Assembly: GCF_004010195.1 (NCBI RefSeq)
Contig: NC_057729.1
Coordinates: forward strand, 13,482,777 to 13,546,776
Origin: Chiloscyllium plagiosum
Taxonomy: Eukaryota
DNA length: 64,000 nt
Direction of reading: 5' to 3'
A program made the translations under genes and the position numbers. Under the pieces are notes generated by a model. The model did no database searches, was not told the DNA's origin, and saw nothing but the letters and a program-made list of their open reading frames with translations. Each line of letters starts with the position of its first letter. Position 1 is the first letter of the stretch. Of this stretch, positions 50,339 through 63,984 are shown piece after piece.

Positions 50339-50549
50339 GCTGTACTTTGCTTTTATTCTACATGGTAGGATTGTTCATTAAACGTTTGAATATGTGGTTT
50401 AGCAATGTACTACTCCTTCATGCTGTGAGGCAGCAGTGCTAACCACTGTGCCACCGTGCCGCCCAAGCTGTACTTTGCTTTTATTCTACATGGTAGGATT
50501 GTTCATTAAACGTTTGAATATGTGGTTTAGCAATGTACTACTCCTTCAT
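50339..50549. repeat. Perfect 83-bp direct repeat (50339-50421 and 50467-50549) flanking a 43-bp SINE 5' end (minus strand)
   Basis: Direct base-by-base comparison. Confidence 0.95.
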
Positions 50550-51686
50550 TGTCAGATGGCTCACGTTCTTTCTTACAAAAAGCACAAACCGAGTGGGTAG
50601 CCACCTGACCCCTTACTGACAGCAGGAATTCAATGATACTCAAGTAGTCATCAGGTAGTTACAATGTTACTGATGTGAAATTACATCTTCTAGTTGGTCC
50701 AACATTCATCAAAAATGTCAACCTAACCTCTCGCATTTATTAACGCTGCATTTGCGTTTCTCCAAAAGAGGAACTATGTTTTTTTTGTTATTCATTCATA
50801 GAACATGGCAGGCACTATTTAGGTCATCATTTATTGCCCATCCCTAATTAAGAATATGGTCCTGAGTTACCTCTTGAATTGTGCAGTCTTTGGGGGTAGG
50901 ATTGCCCACAGTTCCGTTAAAAAGGGAGTGCCAGGATTTTGATCCAGTGACAGTGAAGAAACAACGATCTGTTTTCGGTCAGGGTGGTGTGTCAACTCGC
51001 AGATAACGGTGTTCCCATGCATCTGCTGCTTTTGTCCTTCTAGGTGGTGGAGGACACTGATTTTGAAGGTATTATTGAAGGAGCTTTTGTGAGTTGCCAT
51101 GCCAGTGACTTCAAATGTACAATGCACCGTATCATTAGTATTATGTCTAATGCAGTCAAAATGTACTATTCCTGCTTGTAGAAAATTTCTTCTCAGGTCT
51201 AATTATGTGCAGCCACATCTGTAGATAGACTATTGTGTTTGGAAATCTAAATTCCCTTTATTTGTAAAGGTGTTGTGAAAATCTCATCTGAGAAACTCAA
51301 CACACAAACGGCATAATGTTACCTTGTTTATTTTAATTGTAAGTAGATTTTTTTGCCAGACATTGAGATTTTTTTTATGTCGAGCTTGTTGAGTGGAAAG
51401 GGAAGCCTATAATTTTAAATTTCAAATATGGAAAACATTATCATGCTCTCTTCAATTAAATCCAATCTAATTCTAATTTCCTGCAAATTGAATTACTTCC
51501 AAAGCAAACCAAATACATCACCAACCATTTTTCTTTTTTTGATGGGATTTTAAATCGAGGCCCTGCAGCTGAAGTGTAGAATTATGACAGTCACTTGCAA
51601 AATATTTAATATCCGAAATTAATTATTTAATTAAATAGAATAGAGATGCCAATTGACCTGATAATTTATTGAATTTTCTGAGAATA

Positions 51687-51950
51687 TAGAGTCATAGAGG
51701 CATAGAGATGGACAGCACAGAAACAGACCCTTCGGCCTAATTCATCCACGCTGACCAGATATCCTAAATTAGTCATCGCAGTTGCCAGCACTTGGTCCAT
51801 ATCCCGCTACACCCTTCCTATTCCTGTACCCATCCAGATGCCTTTCAAATGTTCTAATTGTACCAGCTCCACCACTTCCTCTGGCAGCTCGTTCCATATG
51901 CGCACCACCCTTTGTGTAAAAATGTTACCACTTAGATCTCTTTTAAGTCT
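51687..51950 (-). mobile_element. CR1/HER1 3' end
   Basis: Homologous to 43397-43670. Confidence 0.85.
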
Positions 51951-53112
51951 TATGATGAGTTGCTACATCAATGCATCATGTACATATTTACTTTTTTTGT
52001 GGAACTGTATGAGAATAGAAAAGGGAGGAGCGCACAGGTTTGAGAATTACTGAGGGACGAAAGGGGAGGTTGGACAGGTTCTGGTAGAGAGCATCCAAAG
52101 ATGGAGGGAAGTCCTCTACCTGCAATATGGACAAAGGCTGTTCTTCTGTTCCTGTTCCTCCTGCAGAAATCTTCTCTTCCCAGCCTTAAATCCAATTTCC
52201 AACAAAGCCTGCAAACAATGTGGAACCAATAACAAAATGTCAGTGACCATACACTCCATTTCTCCTGGTGGTGCAGCATCCACGCACTTGCTCTTTTTAA
52301 GTAAACCCTTCAGAAAGCGTTCCGAAATAAATATTGCCAGTAGTACCTTGATAAGGTGTCCAATAAATCCTGTTGTAAGATGTCATAAGTCTTCTTCAAA
52401 CCTCGGGCAATAAATGGTGATGTATCTTTAAATGGCAATCAAAGTCTTCCACGTATTCAGAGGATGTCGGATCAAGTGAAATGTTGTGATGCACTTAATG
52501 AAGTATTAGATATAAAATTAAGTGATGATCAGTGCCTTAACAGTTAATTGCACAGCTATTCCCAATGCTGGTATCAATTCCAATACCATGCATCTTGTGG
52601 CAATCTCAGAGTAAACCCCTACTGTGGCTTAAGACTCAATTTTGATCACATGGAGGTCCATTATTCTTAGATAATGTATCTAGGAAAATTGTTTCCTTGA
52701 TTTTCTAATAGACAATTGCCATATTACCAGAGTAATTGTATGAATCTTGGTTCAAAAAGTCGAACATGCCACAATTAAACAATAAGAACAAGTCATAACT
52801 TTAGTTTTAAAAGACTTACATGCAATATAAAGCATTTAGCTTCTTTTGAAATAAAACAAAGTCTGACAAGAATTGATGAGCAGTAGCTTTGATTCTGTTA
52901 TTTTCACTTTATCCACAAGATGGCACAACAGTCATGTAACTAATCTTCCCCTCTGAAAAAAAGTGAAGAATTTTACAGATGCTGGATATCTGTAACAAAA
53001 GAAAACAGAAAATGTGGCCGGTCTGGCAGCAATTGTAGAGAGGGAAAACAGGGTTGATGTTTTGAGTCCTGTGACCCTTCATCAGAACTTTTCCTTTGTA
53101 ACATGTCTAATA

Positions 53113-53327
53113 CAAGTAGCTCTTATCTAATGTAATGATTGTGATCTTGTGCAACCCTGTGTTATAGGAAAATCACGCTTTAGGAACAGCGTTTAAAGTG
53201 TTGGCAATGTCATCACGTTAAAACACATATTTTAAAAGTTTGTGCTTTAGAAACGGTGTCCCCAATTTGTCAATCACATTACAGCAAATTTGCATAAATG
53301 AAATGCCTTTAATAGCAGAATGACCTG
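53113..53327. mobile_element. Degraded Tigger-like MITE
   Basis: TA flanks; right end resembles the TIR of the 36394 MITE; left TIR is poor. Confidence 0.45.
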
Positions 53328-54984
53328 TAGATATATTTGGTTTGTAACTACCAATAGCATTAATAGATGATACAAAATTGTACCAAAACTAGTGAAGGTT
53401 GTGGCGTGTTTTTTTTTATCAACTACCTGTGATGTTCCACTACTGTGTGCTAACATATCCTTGCTAAGTCATGCCCCATTTATTCAAGGTACATTCCAAA
53501 AGAAGATGTGTACTGGCAGTGAATTCTTGTCAGTTAAATAGATAGTCACTACATCATCCAAAGGAAGTTGTAATAGTATTAACTTAAAATGTCTGTTGAT
53601 TTTCCAACAGTGGAGTTATCCTTTCATGTATCTTCTTATGGGCTTTAATAACTTTTGTAAAGAAGATAACTGTCAGTCAGGCAACTGAGTCAAGTGGTAG
53701 TAATGATATCACAATACCACAAGAGCAAAGGTGAGCAAACTTACTCTGAAAATCCTCTTGAGATGAAATTACTGCCTACAGCTTCATCTACTTGTCCTTC
53801 ATATGGATCAATATACTGCACTGTGGTTTTAAAATCTCTTCACAGTATTAGCCAATGGGCTAGAAATGGTTTTGTCTGTATTCATTCACTACAATCAAAA
53901 TTCTCTTGTAAGTAATGTTGAACAGTTTGCATTCAATTCACTGTGTATTTGGTTGACTTTTCCCCAAGGTTTTCTGTCAATGCAAGACAAAGCATTTGAC
54001 CTGACAGTGTGTGGTTTCACTTAAGTTTCCACCTTTGTTAAGCTGGCAGTTTTACTATGACTATGACTCTATGACTAGAATGGTTCATATACCACAAGAT
54101 GGTCTAAATCAAGCTTAGGTCCTTTCATCAGTTTTAGTTGATTTGTTTCTCGAACCATTTGGACATTCCCAACTTCGACTGCGCATGAACCGCAGCTTTC
54201 CTGAGTTATCACTGGTGGCAGTTACACTCACATTTTCACAGATTTTTAAGAGGGTTCTTTAAGTTTCATTGAACACATTGCTGCAGATGTTGATGTCAGA
54301 TTTGAAATATTTGAAGTCGTATTACTTAAAAAAACTGTGAACATGTGGAAAAACTTCAAGACATTGAAATGCATATAACTCCTTAAAAGATTTTTCACCA
54401 CAATAAAAGAGAGGACAGAGAAAGAGAAAAGGAGAGATGAGGAAAGAGAGATTTTATCAGAACTGGAAAATATTTGTGGTGAAACATCTTAATTGATTGC
54501 GGAGTTGAAGAAAAGGGAGCTAAAAGTAAAGTGGTTAGAGTGATTATTTTATAAAAGTGATAATTGGGCAAAACAAAAGGAGACAGAGAAGAGATAATTC
54601 TGAAAACACAATAAGGGCCAAGGGGAGAGTAAATAGTTACAGTAGAGTGGTAGGGAAAAGCATGGATAACATGTGAAAGCAAAGGAAGTGCAGTGAAAGA
54701 GGGCAAGTAGATCTGTGGGGGTATAGCTGTGTCACAATGGTGCAGCACATTCATTCATCATAAGCCATTACTTTAGATTCAATACACAGCATGGATAAAG
54801 GCGATTTATCCATGAGCATTCTCCACATATGGTATCCTGGTCTAACGGCCTCTTCACCTTGCAGCTGGAGGGATGTTTATCATATCTAACTTATTTAATT
54901 CCACATAGAATGATAGATTCATTGAACCATACAGCTCAAGAAAGCATTTTACCTATTGAGTCCAGCTCTATCAAAGAACAATAT

Positions 54985-55690
54985 TTTCTATTCATTCATG
55001 AGATGTAGAGATCACAGACTAGGCCAGCACTTGTCGCCCTGGAGTGCCCTTGAGAAGACGGTGGTTAACTGCCTACTTGAATGGTTGAAGTCCATTTGGT
55101 GTAGATGGACCCACAGTGCTGTCAGAGAAAAAGTTCCAGAATTTTGACCCAGTGACAAAGGAGGAATGACAATATATTTCTAAGTCATGATGGGGTGAGA
55201 TTTGGGGAGGAACATTCAGGTGGTGGTTAAAATAAATATTCCCACTTATCTATTGCTCATTTCCTTCTTGATGGTTGTGGTTGTGAGTTTGGAAGGTGCT
55301 GTCTAAAGAAACGTGATGAATTTGTGAAGTGCATCTTGTAGATGGTATGCACTGCTGCTGCTGTGCATTGGTGATGAAGGGACTGGAGTGTTTGTGGATG
55401 TGATGTCAACCAAGCAAAGTTCTTTGTGCTGGATGGTGTCACGTTTCTTGAGTGTTGTTAGAGCTGCAAATGGAAAGTATTATATCACACTTCTGATTGT
55501 GCCTCATAGATTATGGGCAAACTCTGGGGAGTCAGAAGTTGAGTTACTCACTGCAGTATTCATAGTTTTTGACCTGATCTTATAGCCACTGTATTTATAT
55601 GGCTAGTCCAGTTCAGTTTCTAGTCAGTGGTAAAGCCAAAATGTTAATAATGGGGGATTTAATAGTGGTAATACCATTGAATGGCAAAAG
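54985..55690 (-). mobile_element. Old LINE 3' fragment (same family as the ERV host)
   Basis: Reverse-complement similarity to 26740-27032 and 35739-36170. Confidence 0.6.
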
Positions 55691-55765
55691 ATTGATTATT
55701 CTATATCTTGGCCTCAGATGGCTGTGTCCAATGTAATGCTAAGCGAGAAGTCTTCTGTTAAGTGG

Positions 55766-55884
55766 GAGAAAGTGAGGACTGCAGATGCAGGATTCCTGAT
55801 GAAGGGCTTATGCCTGAAACATCAATTCTCCTGCTCCTCGGATGCTGCCTGACCTGCTGTGCTTTTCCAGCACCACACTCTCGA
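55766..55884. mobile_element. Short internally inverted PLE insertion with hammerhead motif (~55793-55827)
   Basis: TSD CTTCT(G/A)TTAAGTGG at 55752-55765 and 55885-55898. Confidence 0.8.
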
Positions 55885-56162
55885 CTTCTATTAAGTGGTC
55901 CTACACAGAGTTCAGTAGCAATGTGCAATTGTGAACATTTTTGCTGTTTTGAGGATAGATCTGAGTAATGATCTGACTTAGTTCAATTCTCAATAAAACT
56001 TTTGTAGACACATAAAAATTCTTTTGTTTGATTAATGTGATTTGATTGGTTGAATACTGCAGTTTCAAGTTTGCCCAATGGCAGTACTGTCAATTGAAGA
56101 CACTGGTATGAGAGACTCTTGCAGCATTTCATTAACAGTGAAATGTAGCCCACTAAAATTGG

Positions 56163-56274
56163 TGATTTGGAGATGCCGGTGTTGGACTGATGAAGGAATA
56201 GTGCTCTGAAAGCTAGTGCTTCCAATTAAACGTGTTGGACTATAACCTGGAGTTGTTTGATTTTTAACTTTGTA
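56163..56274. mobile_element. Short internally inverted PLE insertion (family of 623-1992)
   Basis: Inverted terminus joined to CTGATGAAGGA...GAAAGCTAGTG; TSD CACTAAA(A/G)TTGG at 56151-56162 and 56275-56286. Confidence 0.8.
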
Positions 56275-57020
56275 CACTAAAGTTGGATTTGTGTTTTGGG
56301 GTAATATCTAGAACAGACCAGGAAGTGATGAATAGTATATCTAAAGTTATTACATTTGAATTTTATGCCTTGGGACTTCTTGAGCACCATGAGGGCAGAA
56401 TCTTTTGCTCCTGGAGATTGTAAGAGAACATAATTAGGCTGAATGATAGCATAAAAATGTTTGTCAGCTTCCTGCCTCCAGCAGAATTACGTTCATGGGA
56501 TGACCCTTGACCAATGTTCCTGTTCTGTTATCAACTGAAGCCTTGAAATGACCAATTAGAGACCACTTAAGGGTGTCAGCCTATTGCCATCGGTATTAAT
56601 CTGGTCCCAAATGAGTATATCACCATGAAATGTTCACCACAGCCTGCTCTGCAAGCAGCTTGCCATCTGGATGGTCCTATGACCAAAGGCAATCAGTGCC
56701 TGACTGCACTGGGAATGGGAATACCAAATGAGAACAATTCCCTTGCATTTATTTCTGACTCCGCTGCCCTCTCTCCCTCAATGCAACCACCAATTTGAGA
56801 AATAGCCCCAACACCAACACCAACACCACTACCATCCCTACTTGCTGACCACTATCAACCCTCCCAACCACCACCATCTTTGTCCTGGGTCCTTTTTGAT
56901 CTTGGGAATCTGGAGCTGCTCTTCTGGCAGTAGCCAGGGTCTCCATTAGATGCGACTGCCACCCATGTGGTCTTGATTGCAGCTGAAGACCCCTATGAGG
57001 TGGAATTGCCATTGACTGAT

Positions 57021-57300
57021 TTGATTAGATTAGATTCCCTACAGTGTGGAAACAGGCCCTTTGGTCCAACAAGTCCACACTGACCCTCCAAAGAGTAACC
57101 CACCCAGACCTATTTCCATCTGACTAATGGGCAATTTAGCACATCTTTGGACTGTGGGAGGAAACTGGAGCACCTGGAGGAAACCCGTGCAGACACAGGG
57201 AGAATGTGCAAACTCCAAACAGACAGTCGCCCGAGGCTGGAATCGAACCTGGGTTCTTGGTACTGTGAGGCAGCAGTGCTAACCACTGAGCCACCCTGCC
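57021..57300 (-). mobile_element. HE1-type SINE
   Basis: Tail, body and reverse A/B boxes. Confidence 0.9.
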
Positions 57301-57480
57301 GTGTGTATGTGGTTTAGTGGGTCTTTCCTTGGAAGAAGCAATGTGGGTCTTTCGTTGGCTTTTAAGTGGTTGATGAGACCCATGAAGGCTCAAGAAGTTT
57401 CCATCCTGGATTACAATGATGAGGCAAAGCTGGATCGTCAGATGAGCTGCTATACCAACTACTCATTTAGGTGTAAAATA

Positions 57481-57795
57481 AGATTAGATACCCTACAGTA
57501 TGGAAACAGGCCCTTCGGCCCAACAAGTCCACACCGACCCTCTGAAGAGTAACCCACCCAGACCTGACATTTATCCCTGACTAATGCACCTCACACTGTG
57601 GGCAATTTAGCACGACCAATTCACTTCCTGCACATCTTTGGATTGTGGGACGAAACCGGAGCACCTGAAGGAAACCCATGCAGACACAGGGACACAGTGC
57701 AAACTCCACACAGACAGTCACCAAAGGCCGGAATCAAACCCGGGTCCCTGGTGCTGCGAGGCAGCAGTGCTAACCACTGGGCCACCGTGCCGCCC
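57481..57795 (-). mobile_element. HE1-type SINE
   Basis: Tail, body and reverse A/B boxes. Confidence 0.9.
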
Positions 57796-57991
57796 ATAAA
57801 ATAAATTGTGACACTGTTCAGAAGAGATGTAGGGGTACCAATATTTAGCTTCATCCAAAATCATTGAAACAGATATAGTCTTTATCTCATTTCTGCCTGT
57901 GGGACCTTTTATGCACAAATTGGCTCTGTATCATTTTTATTTCAACAGTTATTACTTTTCAAAACTACTTGATTGGCCGAAAAGTGTTTTA

Positions 57992-58165
57992 AAGTTGAAA
58001 AGTGTGGTACTGGAAAATCCCTGCAGGTCAGGCAGCATCCAAGGACCGGGTGAGTTGACGTTTCAGGTATAAACCCTTCACCAGGAATGTTTGCCTGACC
58101 TGCTGTGCTTTTGCAGTACCACACTTTTTGACTCTGATCTCCAGCATCTACAGACCTCACTTTCT
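57992..58165. mobile_element. Short internally inverted PLE insertion
   Basis: TSD GA(A/G)AAGTGTTTTA at 57979-57991 and 58166-58178. Confidence 0.8.
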
Positions 58166-59164
58166 GAGAAGTGTTTTAGACCACTTGAGATTGTGAATAG
58201 GATGTTATCTATTTTTCCTACTTAAAGCTAATTCCTTTTAATTGGTGGTTCAAGCTGTGATTACAGTCATGAACTTTATTTGTATTGAAGTGAGGGATTA
58301 AGGGACAGAAGGCACATTGAGAGAACTGATCTCACTTTTCAGTTAGCCTGGCTACCCTTGGCACTCACGATAGTATGTTTGGCTCTCCAATATTTCTCAA
58401 CCCAATGACTACAGAATGACTTGAAAAAAAAAGTTTGCCTTTATGAGTTTGAAATTTGATTGAGAAGATGGCATGATGATATTATGATATTGTAAAGTGC
58501 TCAGCTATAATCTCTTGGGCTTCGAGTGCACAGTTGGAACACCAAGAAATCTGTCATGTCATATTACTTGCTTTTTAAGTTCATGTGAAGCGACATATTA
58601 CTATCCACTTTTAAGTGCAGTTGTGAATAACTTTTTAACCTCAAGCTTACCCCCGGTGGGATGTATAATTCAAAATAAAGTACTGCAAATGCACTTTGCA
58701 TCAATGTGTCCTCTATTATGTCCCTCACTGCTGGGACTATCTTTAAGGTGAAACCTAACCATAATGAAGTCAGAAGCAAGATGTGACTCTCATGCATTGA
58801 AATGTTTTTGCTTCTAATGTGGATATCTCTACAAGACAGCTTCCCAATCGATAGAATATTAACCATGTGTCCTTTTAACTATGCTGGTAGACCTCCTGTG
58901 GCACTGCACAATGGTGTACAATGTATGGTGGAAGTTTCTGAGTCGTGTAGAGGGGAACAGTGAAATAAATGCATGGATAGTGAGTAGACCTTTATGAAAT
59001 GATATCATTGCAGATGGTCAACAAAGGCAAAGGCAATTTTCTTAGGCATCGACAACTTGTGACACATGATATCCTACATTGTTGGTTGATCTCTCATCAC
59101 ATTTTTAGTGGAAAGGAGCACTAATGCACAATTATTCTTCTGCATAAGGAAGAATCAGTATAAC

Positions 59165-60805
59165 TACAAGAAATCTCCCAGAATTAGAGATTCATGTGAC
59201 AAGGAAGAATGAGGAGTTGAAGAAAGTGAGTATTGTTGAGGAAATTGTATTGGAGAAATTAATGGGGTTGAAGTTTGATAAATCCCTGGGAATTTATAGT
59301 CTACATCCCAAAAATGGTGAGAGATAGTTGATACATTGGTGGTCATCTTGCTAAATTCTACTAGTTCTGGAATCAATCCTGTGGATTGGAAGCTTGTTAA
59401 TGTCACCTTACCATTTTAAGGAAGGAGCAAAGGAAAAAAAAACAGGGAACTATAGGTCTGTCAACCCTATATCAGGAGTAATAAAAACGCCAGAATCTAT
59501 GATAAAGGACATGATAATTGGACAATTGGATAAAAACGATTTGATTGGGCATAGTCACCACAGATTTGGAAATGGAAAATAATGTTAGACAAACTTGGAG
59601 TTCTTTTGAGGATGTTACTATCTAAATTGATAATGAGGAGCCAATGGACATAACATACTTGGATTTTCAGAAGGCTTTTAATAAGATCACACACAGAATA
59701 TTGGCTAACAACATTAAAGCACGTGGAATAGGAAGTAATGAACCAACATGGATTGAGGATTGGCTAACAGATAGAAAATAGAGAGTAGGAATATATATGT
59801 CATTCTTGCATTGTCAGACTGTGACTAGTGGAGTACTGTAAAGGTCAATACAATAAATATCAATAATTTAGAGTAGGGACCAAATGTGGTATTTGCAAAC
59901 TTGCAGATGATACAAAGCTAAGCAGGAATGTGTGTTGTGGGGAAGATATAAAATGATTTCAGGAAAATTTGAACAGGATTAATGGATTGGCAAGAACATG
60001 GAAAATGGAATATAATGTGGAAAAATGTGAGTTAATCCTCCTTGGTAGGAGGCACAGAGGCACAGAGTATTTCTTAAATGGTAAGAGGTTGGAAAATGCA
60101 GATGTGCAAAGGAACATGGATGTCCTTGTTGGTAAGTCACTGAAGATTAATGTAACAGTGCAACAAAGTATTAGGAAGGCTAATGGAATATTTACCTTTA
60201 TTACAAGAGGAGATGAGTGCAGGAATAATTATGTCATTGTTAAGATGTTTGGTCAGATCACACCTGGAATACAGTGTGTAGTTTTGATCTCCTTATTGCA
60301 GGAAATATCTTCTTGCCTTTGAGGGACTGCAGTGAGGGTTCACCAGCCTTGTCCCTGGGATAATGGGATTGTTTGATAAAGAGATATTGGGTAAACTTGG
60401 CCTTTATCCTTCAGAGTTTCAAAGATTGGGAGGTGATATAATTGAAACCTACAAAATACCAAAAGGGAGAGACAAAGTTGATATAAGTCCAGTGCTTCCC
60501 CTGGCTGGGGAGTCTAGAGTAAGAGCGCACAAATTAAAAATAAGGGGAGCATTATTTGGGACGAAGATGAGGAGAATTGCTCGGGGGTGATGAATCTTCA
60601 CTGTTCTATACTGCAGAAAGCTGAACAAACAGCCTCTGAGTATGTTTAAAGTAGAGATTAATATGTTTCCCATTACTAATGGGGTAAAGGGTTATATTGA
60701 TAGTGTGACTACTGTGACTATTGAAGTATTTGATCAACCATGATTGTATTAAATAGTGAAGCAGATTTATCAGACTGAATGGTCAACAACTGTTCTTATA
60801 TTGCT
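59165..60805 (+). mobile_element. Old, heavily decayed CR1 LINE (RT and 3' end)
   Basis: Remnants GNYRSV, YLDFQKAFNKI, LADDTKL, MEYNVEKCE and GDIIETYK. Confidence 0.85.
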
Positions 60806-61664
60806 GCTTGAAATTCTGATCCAGCTCATTCTCCATACTTCAAAATGGAACTCTGGGATAACCAGTAATATTCATTTCAAAGTATTGCTAGTTTTGCCCT
60901 CTGTATCAATTGGATCTGTGTCCCTTTAAGGGTAACACTGTTGTCCAGACAACAGAACATTTCTAAATATTTATCAGCAGCTTGGAAGGTGCTAGTTAGC
61001 TTCTAACTTAAAGTCAGTTACTGCTATCTTATGCCTTTGTTGATATACCAATGTCAAAATCTAAGCAGGGCATATCCAGTCTCTTCAGCAGTGTAGCTAA
61101 TGGTGAGAAAGTTGGGAAAATACGAAGAAGTTGCAAAAATCAGAAACTCAACATCAAGAATGAAAATTCAGCTTTATCCCTCAAAGTTTGAACTATGAGG
61201 TCAGACTCTTGCTAATGAGCTGGAGTTTCTTATTACTGTGCATTTACATCACAGTGTTAGTTCGATTCACCTCAATTCTATGCTTCTCTGAGTTTAATTC
61301 CCAACATGAAAGTCACAGTGATTAACTGGAGGCAATAGATCCCACGTGCTTCTCCGTGTCCTTCATCATACTCTGTCTTCACCATAATGTCCCTGCACTC
61401 TGCATGGATAACGTCCCCCTTCACCCGCACTCCAAGACCAACTCATGCACCACATTGGCACCTCAAGACCTCATTTTAGAGGGACACCTATGAATTGCAT
61501 GTTTCTGCCAGGTCGCATCATGAACAGGTGCACGAACACATCTCATACACCTACGCAGGCTGCATACTATGGTTCTTAGCATCATTTCTTGGTGCTCATT
61601 TGCCTTGTGTGTATTTGAAGGCTTCTGGTCTCTGTGTCTTGCATTGCATTTTCGCACAGATAGG

Positions 61665-62160
61665 CAAAGATATGATTGCCATAGAGGAAGTTCAGTGAAG
61701 GTTCATCAAACTGAACTTCCCCTTCTGGGAAGACAGGTCTATTGTCTGAGGATGGAATAGATTGACAGGGCCTGTATTCACCAGAGTTTAAAAGAATGAG
61801 AGGGAATTTCACTGGGACATAAGATTCTGACAGAACTGAACAGACTGGTGTTCCCTCAGGATGCAGGTCGGTGGTATCTAGAACAAGGGTCATCACCTCA
61901 GGATACATGGTAGGCCATCTCAGACTGAGATGAGGAGAAATTTGTTTCCTCAGAGGATGGTGACTGTATGGAATCTTGTATGACAGAAGCCAGTACAAGC
62001 CAACTCACTGAATGTATTGAGGAAAGAACTAGATGGATGTCTAAAAGCGAAAAATGCCAAGTGTCCTTGGGGTAAGAGCAGGAATATTGTATTGAGATAG
62101 AAGTTCAGTTAAGAGCATGTTGCAGGCTGAATTGTCCTGTTCCTATTTGCTATGTTCCTA
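61665..62160 (+). mobile_element. Old CR1 3' fragment
   Basis: Degraded CR1 ORF2 end and 3' UTR with a CTATGTTCCT tail. Confidence 0.6.
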
Positions 62161-63596
62161 GCCTATACATTGCGGGCATCTATACCTACCCAACATGTGT
62201 AAGTTGTTGCAAATCAATGCAGAATATAGCACTAGAGCTTTAGTCTTATTGGGTGAAACTTTCTCACGTTAAGTTCAATTCCTAAAACTTCTGATATGAG
62301 AAATGCTACCACCAAGTCAAAGATTCATCCTTTTTTCTTATACAAAGTTAAAAATGATGGAAAGAATCTGGATCAGAGTTTGTAATCAAACTCCCGGTGA
62401 AACAGTTTTCTTTTCATTGCATTGTCTTTGTTATCACTATTGACGTATACCGTACTTATATCAATAATTGTAACAAGGGAGAGTAGCCCATTATCTTAAC
62501 TTCTTACAGCTCAGGAAGGGATTTTCATTGTAAATGCCAGATATTAAACTTCAGGAAATATTGAAATAAGAAACATATTTCTCTTTGCTGGAAAATACTC
62601 TGCAATGAATCATAGTATTCTCAGAAGGTTTGACTTAAATGATTAATATCTGTAATTACCAAGTCTTACATAATAAAGTAAAGTTGGATTTATAGAAGAA
62701 AGCCATTTTCTAACAAATGTAATCTATATTGATTAAATCACAGTTAATGGTAAGATTCATGAAAAAGGCACCACATTTATGGAAGAAATATTTGTCAGCC
62801 TTATTTTATTTAAAGGGTGGATGCTGTTCATTATCATACAATAAGGGCACAAAATATGACAACTGGTTTCAAAATGATTGACATTATGGCAAAGTGCTTA
62901 TTTGGAAACGAAAATAATTTTTCTCATGATGGCCTTATCCTTTAATATGTTTTGAAAGTAAATTGATGCAAGATTCTTCGTAAAGCTATAAATGACAGGT
63001 TTTTTTTGTGGTATTAATGAAAATGCTATCTAGAAACTCTGTTGCTTTTCACTACGTTCTTATTGTCAATGCAAAAAAGCACTTAGCCCTGAATGAGTAT
63101 GTGTACAGCACAGTGCATATTTGAACAATGATCCCATTACATTTTGTAATTTTCTGACACTTTATCAAAAGCTTGACTGGAGTTTCAAGGTTTTGCTACC
63201 TGAAAATGATTTCCACAAACTATGTTCAGTACATGATGAATTGACAATTTAATGACCAAAGAAACCATTTGCTGCAGCATATTCATAGTTACTGTAAAGC
63301 TGAAAGTTTAATAAGATGCTTTACAATGGCTGTTAGTCAGATCTGAAAAAGCTTTTGCTAAAATGCTCTTGTCCTCCTCTCTGTACATGTTCTATTATGA
63401 TGGAAAGAAGCATGAAATAATATAGAGAATGACTAATATCTTTAAAAGTGTCTATAAATAATATTTAGCATTCATTGCACAGCCATCCTGATACAAGGAG
63501 AGCAAATTTATGGTTGATTTCACATGAGTCATGTTGTGACATCAAGGGCAGAAATTGGACACTCATTTGTTAATCCTGCCATCAGGATGAATTCTG

Positions 63597-63984
63597 GAAC
63601 AAACACAGAAACTGCTGGAGAACCTCAGCTGGTCTGGCAGCATCTGAAGAGAGAAAGCAGAGTTAATGTTTGGGATTGACTGACCCTTCCTCAGAATTGA
63701 TGGTAGTTCGGAAAATGTCAGTTTATATGCAAAGACAGGGTGGAGGGAGGGGGTCAGGACTACACGATAGGTGGGGATATAGCCCAAAGAGAGAGAAGAA
63801 CAGTTATACAAATAAAAGAGTGGAGAATAATCTGGCTAGGAGGGTGAATAGCTGTTAATAGAGGCTGTTAGTGGTTAACAATGGATTGTGTTTAATAGCA
63901 GACCATGTGATATCAAGGTCTGATGGGTGGTGGTTGGGGTAAGGTCATGGGAGAACTCAAATCCTAAAGTTATTGAATTTGATA
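63597..63984 (-). mobile_element. PLE 3' end (third family)
   Basis: Minus-strand IKFNNFR terminus and a degraded hammerhead, followed by the CAGATGCTGCCAGACC motif shared with 44845-45048. Confidence 0.6.
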
